Shown piece after piece: positions 11,196 through 24,509 of a stretch of 64,000 nucleotides of DNA. Numbering within the stretch: position 1 is the stretch's first letter; each line of letters opens with the position of its first letter. The position numbers and the translations under genes were made by a program. Origin of the DNA: Macrostomum lignano (Eukaryota); NCBI GenBank assembly GCA_002269645.1, contig NIVC01003443.1, positions 33,282-97,281 of the forward strand, in the 5' to 3' direction. A model generated the notes under the pieces. The model was given only the letters and a program-made list of their open reading frames with translations, was not told the DNA's origin and made no database searches.

Positions 11196-14100
11196 TCGAG
11201 GTACCGAAATTTAGGACTGAAACTTACATGTTCGCAGGCAAAAATATTTTCCATTGCTGTTGTCACTTAATTAAAATGAATTATAAAGCCCTCTTATCCC
11301 TCTTATAGTCCATGCGTGCGGTAAATTCCAATCTATCTATGTCTATGGCTAAAACCAGAAGAATGCTTTGCGCATAAATCAATGAATCTATCACTAGGTT
11401 CCTTCGTGCGTAAATAGTCTATGGCACTCGTGCGCTAACGCGCAATCTAGTCTAAGTCTAGTCTAGTCTAGTCCCACCATTGAGTCTATGGGAAGCACTC
11501 CAAGAAGCGGTGATTTTCAGTTACGCTCGTAGTTTTCAGTAGTTTGTGCGCATATTTATCAGTAGCTGAAACGAGCATTAAATTACCTTTTTATTTAGCT
11601 GTGTCAGCGTCAGACTTAGGATGCCTTTGCATGACCAGTGTAAGGTTACAATCAGCAGAGTGAGTTCAGATAGAAAGAAATCGTCTATACATTTTTTCTG
11701 GGTCAGAAGGCTGTTGGACAGCGGTGTATTTTTTAAAGAAAACTAAAAGAAGTTAGCTCAAATGAGCGGATCCACCCCTCTACACAGTTCTGCGGCAGAG
11801 CCCCTCACCGGGCTGATCCGTGTCTAGCCTGCTAAAAATTTTAAGCTGCGTCATTTTATTGCGATTCAATATATTTCTTCGTCCATTACCATAGACTATT
11901 GGCGATTAGTTTTCAGCAGTGTAAGCGAACATTTTTTCGTTAGCTGAATGGGGAGTGGCCTATCTAGTGTAAGATCTATGGCCCAATTAGTAAGGCTATT
12001 TTAGTCTGTGTGTGAAAGGATGGAGAAAAGTTTTTTATCTATTACTTGTAGATCCCAAAAGCAAGGTCAGAATAAGCTGATTTTGCACAGATCACTTCAG
12101 CACCGTTCAGGCTTTCATTGGATTACTTTGTTACCGAATTATCCCAGGAGTAGTTGACTAAACGTGCATTGTAAAAATTGAAACAAAGTTTGGCAAAGTT
12201 GAAGCTCGATCTGTCAATATTGATTTCAGATTTTGAGTGCCCGGCCATAGAGTGTCAAAATTGAAGAGGAGTTTGTCAACTTCAAAGTTCTCCTTGTTCA
12301 AGATCGAGGGTGTAAAGCAATCGTATTTTTAGCTTATTTAGCTCTGGAATTCAGAAATAAAGCTAAATAAACTTTGTTTTTATAGCCTAGTCTACAATTA
12401 TTTAAATTAGCTAGTAGGTTGACATAATTAGATAAAGCTAGTATATAACATTTCACATATAACAAAAAATAATAGGACTTCACACTTACCCTGTAAGTTC
12501 GTAGCTAAATCCAATTAACAAGTTAATTCTTAGTTTTCACTTTCAGCCCCCGATCGCGTGTTGTAAGACCGACTTCTGTCTACTCTATTATATAATTTTC
12601 TTTTATCAGCTAGCCTCAACCCCAGGCCAAAGTGTTGGATGTAAAAACGATTAATCGATAATTCTCCGTCAGCAGGGGGGTCCAAAACTGTCGGAGCAAG
12701 CTTATTGGCTGGGAGGAGGGCGGCTGCCCCCCTTCTTGACATAGACATAAGACTAGTTCGCCAAACTCCCCACGCCTAGGGGCAACGCACTGTTGTACTC
12801 GTAAGCAGCTTGTTTATCAATTATCAGACTAAATAGGCCATAGACAGCCTGCGTGGGCCGGGTTTAGTTACTCTTAAACCACTTTAAAGCTCACTTTCAG
12901 GGAGGTTTTTGACATAGATTTTATTTTGCGGGATTTAATCGATCACTTTCCCGGACATATTGCAAGGATTATTGTATGTATCTAAATAAGCGTGCTTCTC
13001 TCTTCTCTTCCTTCGTGACTCGAGAAATTTCTTATTGAAATTTTGTCTATAATAAGAATGTGGGGCTTCGCCCCCACACCCCCATCCCCAACTTCAACCA
13101 TAGACATACAAGTATGGCTCCAGGATTTATCTGAATACATCCCGCAAAATTAAAGTAGTTTAAATAAGATATTCTATGGGTTTGAGGTCGGTATGTGATT
13201 AAATCCCGAGAGCCGAATATCTTATATGTACAGAACAGCAACGTTTAAATCTGGTGATGTTAGAGATAGGAGAAATGATAGGCGAGGAAATTAATAAAAG
13301 TGAAAAAAAGAAGACGAGAGGGGAGGGGAGGAGAGGAGAGAAAAGAGAAGAAAGAGAAGATGAGAGAGAATAAAGCTGAGAAAAGACACAAACCTTGAGC
13401 AGGCCAGATTGTCATTGTAAAATTTCAAAGGACCCGAGAGCTGGATAAGTCAGTGTGGCCGACTTTAGCCGACTCCTGCAGGGGATGTCAATTTTTCTAT
13501 GTTAATTTTATTGGCTCTGCTAAAATAAAAAGTCCAAATTAAGTTAATTAAATTACAAATGTTTGTAAATAGACTGCAGTAATAACCTCAGCTAAATCCG
13601 ATATTACCTTTATTTAGTAGATACTGGTAATATTCGACTAGCACCTTGGGAAGCAAGCTCACGCAGACCATTAGTATATTAGTAAACTATTAGTGTACAA
13701 GCGAGGCAGAGTGAAACATTAGTAGGTTGTTTAGTAGGTACTCGTAAGCCGAGTTGAATTATGGTTAAAAGAAGCTTCAACACACTTTTGTAGCCATTAT
13801 ATTTCACACATGCCCTCGTACATATTTTACACTAATGCAAAAGATAAGTAAGGTAGATAGATAATAAACGTGGGAAAGCACAAGCAGTCACGTGATGAAA
13901 TAATTAAGTTTGAGGAGCAATCTGTAGAATACGTGTGAAGTGTAGCTCGTATATACAATTGGCAGTTGTTCATTGAAGAGTGCACCTATTTGCTTATAGT
14001 GAGTTATCAGCCTATTATCAGCCTAGATAGTAAGTCAAGTTTCACATAAGTAGTGATAACGCGCATGAACGTACTAATTCACTGATCAGATACAAGAAAA

Positions 14101-14563
14101 TCAGCACACTGTCGAAAGGAAATATTTACAAATATATATTAGATGGGCAATTTTTTAAAAAAATTACACGGGCTTTATGGTTTTCTACAAAACGGATAAT
14201 TTATTTTTTTGTTATCAAGGCGCTATAAGGCGCTAATATCATACTATATAATCGTTTTGACTTGAATGATTTTTGTCTTAAAGGAATATTAAGCTACACA
14301 TCCGGTGAAAAATATAAACTAGGCATCTATGAATGCAGTTACTTATTTGATTATCGGAAAATGATCTACCTTTAATAGGCTTGCTTGCTAAAGTAACATT
14401 TAACTGCTTCATAAGAATTGCCATAACCTTGCTTGCATCATAACTTAGTCCGCTTACAAAATCAAAGTAATCCGGCTAATCAAAGTTAACTTTAAATAGT
14501 TTAAATAGTTTGAAGCAAGCAAGAGATTGGGCAGTGTCGCACAGTTCAAGCAAAGCACGTCAA

Positions 14564-17500
14564 TTAAAAATCAGATTTTCGTTTTCCGCCCGAAGCAGGC
14601 GAACACTTCACTCCCACACGGTTCATTGCGTATCGATAAGGCGAATGCTGCAACAGGTGGAACTCGCGTCCCGGATGCGCCAGCATGTGATGCCGGAACA
14701 CGTGACGCCTAAGGCCGTATAACCGGCCGCACAGGGTGCACTTGTGCCCTGGGATGCTTAGGTGATGACGGACAATGTGACCGCGAATCAGGCCGGCCGA
14801 AGTGGCCGTGAGACTGCAGAGACTGCATCTGTAGGTATCCTCGGCACTTGCACCATCGACTGCCGAGGCGACGACTTTTATTACGTGGTGACTCTCGGGT
14901 ATTGGAGGTCTGTCTCGGGTCGGTTTCATCTCGACTGGCTCTCCGTCGCTGTCACATTCTGGCTGTTCGGCAGCTTCAGCGCACGCAGGCGTCGGTGACT
15001 TCCCCAGAGTCGAACAGCCCTGTCGCTGTTTCCGATCAGGCTTAGACGATTCGTCCAATAGGAAACCAGAGCTGCGACTGAAGGTGGGCGGAACAAATGT
15101 CAGTAAACTTGATATAATTTCATCTCCACTGTTTCAGAAATAACCAAATCACTGGGCTTACTACTTTGAGTAGCTTCTTAATACTGAATTCTGGGCTTTA
15201 AAAAGCCTATTTTCTAATGCATCGTCCTATCTGCTACATCATGTTTAATCATGTCTATCTGTTACATCATGTCATTGATAATCATGTCTATCTGCTACAT
15301 CATGTCTAATCATGTCTATCTGTTACATCATGTCTAATCATGTCTATCTGTTACATCATGTCATTGATAATCATGTCTATCTGCTACATCATGTCTAATC
15401 ATGTCTATCTGTTACATCATGTCATTGATAATCATGTGTCTTGCTGGGATCTTGTCTGCTACAGGGATAACCTATATACATGTAAATCAGTCTATGTCTA
15501 TGCCAGCTCACGTATACCTACGAGTAATAATAATAATAGTTGATTACACCTGCCCTAATGGACAGATGTGCAACCGACAGCTCAGCCGCAGCTATTGCGC
15601 GGCGCATCTGAAGGCTGCGTACGGCTGTTCAGTCCAAGGACTGGGGGGTCGCCACACACACCCTCAATTACCCCAGCTAATGCTGTCACCTCGCGGCCAT
15701 TTTACAGCTGGGTGAGCTGGAGCAATGCAGAGTTAAATGTCTTGCTCAAGGACACAACTTGTTCCGAGTGAGTCAAGAATCGAACCCCCGACCTTCAACT
15801 CGTGAGTCCGACGCTCTCACTACTAGGCGACAACCCCACGACTAAAACATACGCTAAAACCTACCGACCCAAGGCTAAAACCTACGAGTAGCAAGAATAG
15901 AGCGTGAAGCTAATCTCTTATAGGAAGCGCTAAAATCCTCTGTTAACTTAATTCGATGCGTCTTGTCACCTATTATTATTGGCAGTCTGTCTGCCAGTCT
16001 TTCTTCGAGTAGCTGAAGTGGTGCCCTTCCACTTCAGCCTCGCCAGATGTAGCAGCAGTTGATCCGGCAATAATCGGTTGTCGTCTCTACTTAACCTGCT
16101 CGCGTGCATGCAAGTCGTCTTGTAGCGGTCAGGCACCTTGGCATGGACTCCCAGGATGTGCTTGCGAATGTCGCCCATGCCGTGCGGACTGATGGCCGAG
16201 CAGCCGGAGCAGCGGAATGCTCGCCGATTGGAATGCCGCGTCACCGCCACTTTGTAAGTGCTATAGTAGTCCATTTTGGTGCGCAGGACAGCCAGGGTAT
16301 TCTGGAATTCGTAGAATTGCTAACCATATGCAAAACAGTTGAAGCAAATCTCATTCAACAAAAGCCATTTTTTAATTTCGGCTTTCAAATTGATTTCTCT
16401 TAAATTCAAATTTCTGCGATAGACAGGTGTAGCCTCGCCAGGCAATCTGGTCGTTGAAGCTACATCTCACTTTGTCAAAGTTAAATCTCACTTTTTCAAA
16501 GCCACATCTCAATTGTTCTAATAAATTGACAAAGCTAAATCTCAGACCTGCTCAAAAGCTACCGGTAAACCTTACCTGGTCACAAATTCCATTCATCAAA
16601 GTCTGCAGTGCACTCCAAGAATACGGCAAATCAATGACTCGCTCAAGCTCGCTCTCAGTCAGAGACATCAGTCTAGACAGTCGCTGCTCCTCAGTGGCCT
16701 CTTCGTGCGGCTGAATGGGCAGCTGCGGAAGCGGCACCACTGATGCCGGAGATGCCGGACTGTACAGCAGCGAAGGAAACTCGGCGCCGCTGTCTTCGCC
16801 ATCGAAGCTCCTCAAAATGGCAGCGACTCTGCCAGGCCGTTCAGTTGCCAGCCGGAGCAGCATTTGGTCTGGGTAGAGCCGCCAGTTATTCTCCCTGGAG
16901 ATTCTGCTGGCCTGACAGCAGACCGTCAGCAAGTCGTGCCCGATGCGGGCGTGCACGCCCATCACGTGACGCCTAGCGTCGGCCAGAGTGCTCGGTCGGA
17001 CGGTTGCATTCGGACGTCGGATGGTGTGGAACACGCGGCCGCACTGGCATTTGTACGCCACCGTCCGTCCGCGGCGCATCTGCCGGACAAGACGGTAGTC
17101 GGAGTAGGCTCGCATCTTTCGCATGAGCTCGGCCCGCTGCTCAGGCTCGCTGCACTGATCTTTGAGCAGCAGAACCAGCGCAGACTCTGAGAATGGCAAG
17201 CTGATCTCCTCTTCCTCGTCGACACCTTCCGCTGCTTCGAAGTGGCTGGCGTTCTGACCGAAGTGCAGCTGGCTGGTTGGCGCGCTGTTGAGCTGCCGAA
17301 TCTGCTGCTGGCTGCCGATGCCGGTTCGAGAAGTTTTGTGCGCTACGCTCGCGTCCGCTCTGCCGCTGCTCGGTCGCTTCTGAGGCTCACGCAATATTTG
17401 AGACAGAGCGGAGCAGGCCGGCTTCGAGTGGCTCCGCAGAACTTTTGGCACCTTAACCGACTCGTCGATAGGAGTCACGACCCGACTGCTGGTCACTTCT

Positions 17501-20500
17501 TCGTGGATGCGAATGGCCTGAATATTTTTATTGACAACAATATTTAAACCACGCTCTTTTTTTAAAGACGCAATCGAAAACGTTGAGGATCTGGTAGGAT
17601 GGAAGACCAACTGAGGCATCTTTACGAAACCAACGTGTCACGAGCAACAAATTCAGGGCTGGGGTATACAAAAACCTCGGGAAAATTACCCGGAAATCAT
17701 TCGTTAATTTAAACACAGTCCCTACAGGGCGCATTGCATGCAAGCCGCAGACCCAACGAAGCTTTTCGGAGATTTGTGAAACGAAACACACCGTGCTGCA
17801 TGGTCCAGGCCCTGTGGAGCGGCCGGGGCAAGCGGCAGTCAACCACTTGTTCGTCTTGGCCTGCCTTGTTTCATTTCTACTAAGCGCAGCACGAGCCATA
17901 GGCGGCATTGACGGGTAGGCCCTAGCGGTCCTGGCGAACTGATAAAGCAATATCGCCCCCCGCCCCGGCCGCGCTGCACTGCAGAGAGGCATAGTAGCCA
18001 GGCGTTGAGCTGCATGAAAGCCATACAGTCAAAGCCGAACGGATTTGTTTGTCCATGGGGCAGCTGTTCCTTCGTTCAGCACTGATTCAGAGACGCGCAC
18101 GCAGCGAAGAAGGCGTGGGGGGTTGGCTACAGCCCCTTAGCCCTGGGGGTCTCTTCTCCACAGGGCTAGTTTGTCACGTCGAGACGGGCGACTTTGTGAT
18201 TTCCTGATATTTCTGCTTTTACCCGGCGGTACCGCCGGCCGCTACGCCACCCCTGATACCCCCCACCACCACCGAAATTAGTGAAGCTTCTGCGCAGGGG
18301 AGGATCGCGAACGCTTCGAAATCTCGCACCAAGGTCTGTTTAGGTTCGCTCGTTGAAATTGGAGTGAATTGAGTGCTATATGCGCACCTAATTTGCTACC
18401 TTGTGTGCGTGTGGAGACAAGAGGTATTGGCTGCCAGCCACCACAACAAAATCCGCAACACACAGGTTTGAGTCGGGACTGTTTCTAAATGTTCCATTGC
18501 ATCCATATACTCGAATTGTTTTATTCCCAGTGGAAAATGCGATGACGGATGTGCAGATTCCCTTATGCTAGCTTGATTATCAGAAGAGGAAGTGCAGATT
18601 CCCTTATGCTTTTCGAGTCCAGCTACGAGCGCTCTGTGAGAGGAGCTTCAGAAGCCCTTTCAAATGTATTAATTCTCAAAATGGACTACTCAGCCTAAGA
18701 ATGCAGCTTCTGTTCTAATCTAGGTAATTATTACTGCATAACAGGGGAGGATACAGGGGGACAGGGACTTCGATTGTTTTCGTTTGTTTCTGGTCTCTGC
18801 TGATTATATTCCGTCAGCTATTGCAGTTCATAGGCTTTGCAATGGCAAACAGGTATGCATGCCTCGGGGCTTGATCGATCAGGATTGCCTTTCAAAGCCC
18901 CTTACGAACAGTCAAAGATTTCTTCTTGTTGTTTGTTGTCTTTTCGTTGCTTTTCCGTTTTTATTATCGAACTCGCAAAATTCAGGTTTCCATCTTCTGT
19001 GCTCTGAAATCCCCACGAATTAGAATCTGAAATCCCCGCCCATTAGAATCCGAAATCCCCGCCAATTGGACTCTGAAATCCCTGCCAATTAGACTGTGAA
19101 ATCCCTGCCAGTTAGACTCTGAAATGCCTGCCAATTAGACTCTGAAATCCCTGTCAATTAGAATCCGGAATCCCCGCCAATTAGAATCCAGAATCCCCGC
19201 CAATTAGAAACTGAAATCCCCGCCAATTAGAATTCGGAATCCCCGCCAATTAGAATCCGGAATCCCCGCCAATTAGAATCCGAAGCCTCAGTAATGAGAA
19301 TCAGAAATGAAAAAGCATATCGTTAGCTGTCCAGCTTGTTAACCTAAAAGCTTAACAAACATCCAGCAACTACAAAACCACAGTGCAACGCACCCATAAG
19401 TCAAAGCAGAAACGAGAAAGGCAGGTAGTGAGGGCCAAGCAACAGCTCAGAAAGATGAGATCTGTGTATAGACCTATGCTACGGAAGCAGGCGAGGACTA
19501 TAAAGCCAGAGGGTCCGAGCGACTGGGAGTGTCACCGACCGTGTGTGTGACAGGAAATCAGAGAGACCGGGCTCGCTTGTTGGTACGCACGCCAGGGGGG
19601 GGGGAGGGGCGATCCAGCTGTACCCGCCTGACTGCCTCACCCACCCGAGAGCCGACTGCAGGCTTGTATCGTCGAGGTGAGAGAGAGAGACAGGCAGACC
19701 GACGGAGAATCAGAATTAAGAGCGCGAGGGGTTGCTTGGGCTGTTGGGTTGTGAATAGGCCAGGGGTCACAGCTTGAGAGCCCGGCCAACCTGCTATTGA
19801 CTACTGAGTCAGTCAGTCAGTCAGTCAGTCAGTCAGTCAGTCAGTCAGTCACCCACTCACTCAAGTCAGTCAGTCAGTCAGTCAGTCAGTCAGTCAGTCA
19901 GTCAGTCAGTCAGTCACCCACTCACTCAAGTCAGTCAGTCAGTCAGTCACCCACTCACTCAAGTCAGTCAGTCAGTCAGTCAGTCAGTCAGTCAGTCAGT
20001 CAGTCAGTCAGTCAGTCAGTCAGTCAGTCAGTCAGTCACCCACTCACTCAAGTCAGTCAGTCAGTCAGTCAGTCAGTCAGTCAGTCAGTCAGTCAGTCAG
20101 TCAGTCAGTCAGTCAGTCAGTCAGTCAGTCAGTCAGTCAGTCAGTCAGTCAGTCAGTCAGTCAGTCAGTCAGTCAGTCAGTCAGTCAGTCAGTCAGTCAG
20201 TCAGTCAGTCAGTCAGTCAGTCAGTCAGTCAGTCAGTCAGTCAGTCAGTCAGTCAGTCAGTCAGTCAGTCAGTCAGTCAGTCAGTCAGTCAGTCAGTCAG
20301 TCAGTCAGTCAGTCAGTCAGTCAGTCAGTCAGTCAGTCAGTCAGTCAGTCAGTCAGTCAGTCAGTCAGTCAGTCAGTCAGTCAGTCAGTCAGTCAGTCAG
20401 TCAGTCAGTCAGTCAGTCAGTCAGTCAGTCAGTCAGTCAGACTCACCCCACTCAGGGGATGCTCAGAAACAATATGCTCATCAATTCTGGCGGCGTCAGT

Positions 20501-21097
20501 GGACGCCAAGCCGCACTCTGAGCAGTGGTTCAGCCCGAATCTTAGACAGCCTTCCTCGCCGTCCTTGCCGCTGCATTCAGCCTGATGACTGACAAAGGCC
20601 TTCCAGCTCATCGCGCAGAACTGGCAGTTTGGACAGGTGAGCGATGAAGCGCCCGAGTGGCGGTTGGCGCTGACTAATAAGCCGCTGGCGAAGCTGTCCG
20701 CATCGCTGTGGCATCGGTCGACATGCTGCTGAACAGCCAGCTGGGAGGGACTCTTTACTAGGCAGCCGGGCACTCGGCAGTGGTGCAGCAGCCCAGATGA
20801 AGCCGACGAGTCAGTTGAGAAATGTCCAACTAGATGTGCTGCTATGTCGGAGAGCGCTAGGTCAGCGAAACAGTAGGGGCAGGGCATTGGCACCGCCTCC
20901 GGGCCTTCGCTGTGGTGCTGCGATTTCAAGTGCTGGATGAGTTGATCCGGCTGCCAGGCGGAGAAGGCCAAGCAGTGTCCGCAGACGAAGCAGCCGCTAG
21001 CGGATTCGAGAGCGCAGACTGTGTTGAAAAGGCGGGTCTGACGTTCCTGCTGCGAGAACAAGATGGCGCGGTGGCGCCTTAGTTTGGCTATGAGGAC
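14564..21097 (-). CDS. Multi-exon C2H2 zinc-finger protein (5' exon(s) not identified)
   Basis: The phase-compatible exons are 21097-20447, 17517-16576, 16301-15971 and 15077-14564, all with GT-AG sites. They encode several CxxC...HxxxH fingers, for example CSLCSLTATSAGLIRGHIVRHH and CTLCGRLYGLRRHVFRHHMLAH. Confidence 0.75.
15225..15440. repeat. Intronic minisatellite (about 29/35-bp unit)
   Basis: ATCATGTCTATCTG(C/T)TACATCATGTC repeated about 7 times. Confidence 0.85.
15525..15840 (-). mobile_element. tRNA-derived CORE-type SINE
   Basis: The minus strand shows an A-box-like TCGCCTAGTAGTG, a B-box GGTTCGATTC, a MIR/CORE-like GTGTCCTTGAGCAAGACATTTAACTC...CTGTAAAATGG and an (ATT)n tail. Confidence 0.72.
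19016..19285. repeat. 23-bp intronic minisatellite
   Basis: Unit AATTAGAATC(C/T)GAAATCCCCGCC, about 11 copies. Confidence 0.88.
19804..20440. repeat. (TCAG)n microsatellite
   Basis: About 630 bp of TCAG that starts immediately after the GTGAGT donor of a zinc-finger gene intron. Confidence 0.97.
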
Positions 21098-23908
21098 CTG
21101 CAATTAGGATAAGAATGTTGCATAGCGCAGATTTTATTAAAGACAAATAAACTTTCACAAATTAAAAAAATGCACGTCATTTTCTTGTCACATCAAAAAA
21201 CACATTGTATACACATGCTGCAGTACAGAATAATCTAGCTAAAATGTTTCAAAATTCTTAGTGTGTAAAAATATTTTTAGCTGATCACATACTACAATTT
21301 ATATAGTCCTATATAACAAAAGTCTTATAAATAATAATATATTATAAACACAGATAAATATGAATATTGCTTTCTCACAAGCAAAAATTTAATTAATTTA
21401 GTGGTATGTAAAACTTAATAACTTAATATAAAATATTTTAAGCACAATTAAAAAGCTTAAAAAAACATCTAAAATTTTAGAAGACAACTGTAAAGTAAAA
21501 CTGATTTAAAAATCAAATAATTTAAAAAACTAATAATATGTTGTAAAAAGACTTACAATAGCTGATAATGTATCGACTTGTTTGGTTTGAGAAGAAGTGC
21601 AGTTTAATTCACTTAAACCTTTAATAGTCTGGTAATTCATGTTTGTAGAAAATAGCAAACCAGATACAACTACGAACTAATATTAAAGTAGCACTAGCTA
21701 TCTATAAGCCAGATTTCTCATAGCTGAAACAGCGTATTAAAACGGTTCCACCGAAGCATGCTCAAATCTGCGCAAGCTTTATTTCCACAACAATATTAAC
21801 AAATATACACGAGCTTTATGTATAAAATAAATCCCACCATTAAATATTGTTACCCAGAAGATTATCTTAAGCTATTGTGTTTATGCCCTCTTAACTGAGC
21901 AATAAAAAGTAGTTAGGCGTTATTTTAATATTATATAGTTCTTTCCGCCCAGCTTACCATTTTCAGGAAGTTACTTTTACACTTAATAGAGATGAGAATA
22001 TTAATAAAAACCCTAATTAGAATGTTCGTTTTTTCTAGCATGCTTTTCTTTGCTCCATTGAATTTTTAAAAGCCTTGCTGGCAAAGTAAGAAATCCGATC
22101 GTGTTATAAAATGCGAATTAACAGAGCCGTCAACATGCAGACTCCGTCAAACTGATTTATGTGTACAGTACTTTTTGGTTACTATATTCGAATTCGTTGA
22201 TATTTTCCAGCAATCCATTTAGTTAACTGTTGGGATTTGTATTATATGGCATGTAGTATTCGTTATGATTACTTTCCAAATAATTACTTGACTTTTTCGT
22301 TCCAAAATAAAAAAAATATATTATAAATTTTGTAACTATAATAATTTGTTAGAATGTTATTCCTTTGCATGTAAATACTGTTGAAACATGGTAGAACCCT
22401 CTGTAATTGGATATTAAAAATATTTGTTCGTTGGACTCAATTGGAGTGATACGCGTTGCTATGCCACTGCCGCTGTGAGTTAGCATCGCAAATTCGTCCT
22501 ATAGCTCCTGTATTTCTAAAGTGCGGCCATCCCCGTTTTTTTCTCGTGTTTTGATCAAAAACATTTAAAGTGCATTTATCGCGTGCTTCTTCTTCAGAAT
22601 ATATATTTGCATCGCACGTCACACACTATCCATTTTAATGTGACGTGCGATCACCACTAGCTATTGCTCAACATTTTTCCAATATTCATTCTTAATCTAT
22701 CTCACCGTAATAAAATCAACCGAACTATTAATACAAAGTTCAGAGCATTAGCCATTCAAATCTCTGTCTGTCTCTGCCTATTTTCTCATTTGCCATGAAC
22801 CGTGGCATGAATTAAGTGTGAAATAGAGAGTGCGCCTGTCGCAGGGAATGGATAGAAGCTGAGGACCCTCGTACACCGAGTATGAGGCGAATCCAACCTA
22901 ATAATCATAGCACCATGAGCTCTCTCTGGGACCTGCACTTCCCCATCCGAGCCCATCTAGGAGGAATTGTAGCCTAAGGCCTAGCATCACCAACCAACTA
23001 AAGATCCCCCTATTCAAAAGTCCTCGTTTCCAGCACTGACTAGACTGTCCCTTGTATGCCTCGCATAGAGTCCCTTAATCGGCCATTTCTAGCACAGTTG
23101 TTGGGGTCAAGAACCTTATAGTCTGCTACAGACCGGGATTCCCGTCTCGATTCCCGTGGGATTTTAATTTCACCGGGTGTACTCCTGCACAGGTGACTGC
23201 ATGGTGGCGGCCACGCGCCTTTGGCATGTTACTTCAAACAACCCGGGCTCGCGCTGTCTAGATAAATGGGATCTTGGCCGCAACGTCATCTACCACACCA
23301 TCCAGAGGCGGACAAAAAGTCTAGGGGACGAGGTCTGGCGGCTGTAACTTTCAGCGCCAGAGCTCAGGGGTTTGCAGAGGTATTCTCAGCATGCAACCCA
23401 GCAGGTTACGTCAAAAAAAGTAATTTTGAACTTTGAAAACATTCAGAATATTAATGATTAGTTTTATTAAACTTTTCTACTAAGACTACTGCGGACTTTC
23501 CTTCCGCAGTAGTATTCAGGGTGTATATGTCTTAGTTTTGTTTATTTATTTGTCTCATTTGGATAACTTTTAATTTTCTTGAAAATAAGTGAAAAACTTG
23601 CAGCATGAGTTGACCGTTCATGGGGTTGCAAAAGAAATCAAAAGTTGTTAGTTAGTTCTGAGCTTTTTTTAGCCACCCGAGAGATACTGTCTGTGGTAAA
23701 TCCTTCACTTCACGCTGTGCCAACTGCATTGCAGCTTTGCCTTAATGGCCATAGACTGTCAATTGCCACAGACAGCCAGCGACATTCTTTTTCTATAGTT
23801 TATATCTTATCTGCAAAGTTTAATTCGTTCAAGAATAAAATAGTCTATGGTAAAAACCCAAACTCTAGCTTCCCTTTTCAACCCCTACTAGACTGGCATT
23901 AAACTATA

Positions 23909-24509
23909 CTGTCCGTCAAAAGTTCCGGAACCCTTGCTACGATGTCTTCTAGCGGACATAATTTCAGTCCGTTTCAATTGTAACTTAATTCAAATGAAAG
24001 CTGCGGATCTCAGCTCCATGATGTGGTCAAGAAAAAGTTTATTCGAAGGAGCGCGTGTGAACAGGCCAGTGTTATGTACATAAAGGTTAGAGAAAAAAAG
24101 TGAGGAAAAGACAGACAAGCAATTGTTTTTTACTCTTTTACTCTCCCATGAAAGCCGACTGCACAAGAATCCATAAGAGCCTGTTGATTTCAACACAAGT
24201 TTTGGCCATAGACTAATGTTAGCCAGGCTGAACACTGCGCGCAAACCGATTCCTTCCCATGTGTGTTTGCTCCATAGACTCAGCAACCATAGACAATTGC
24301 TTGTTTGTCTTTTCCTCACTTTTTTCTCTAACCTTTATGTACATAACACTGGCCTGTTCACACGCGCTCCTTCGAATAAACTTTTTCTTGACCACATCAT
24401 GGAGCTGAGATCCGCAGCTTTCATTTGAATTAAGTTACAATTGAAACGGACTGAAATTATGTCCGCTAGAAGACATCGTAGCAAGGGTTCCGGAACTTTT
24501 GACGGACAG
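23909..24509. mobile_element. MITE with about 217-bp TIRs and probable TA TSD (Tc1/mariner-like)
   Basis: 23909-24125 is the near-perfect reverse complement of 24295-24509. The ends read TA|CTGTCCG...CGGACAG|TA. Confidence 0.85.

Noticed and set aside
18110-18270. hAT-like end GCTACGCCACCCCTG
   Set aside because: No matching opposite terminus or TSD was identified.
19290-19800. GC-rich segment with TATAAA resembling a solo LTR; a similar impression at 25020-25750
   Set aside because: No defined TG...CA ends, TSD or second copy are visible.
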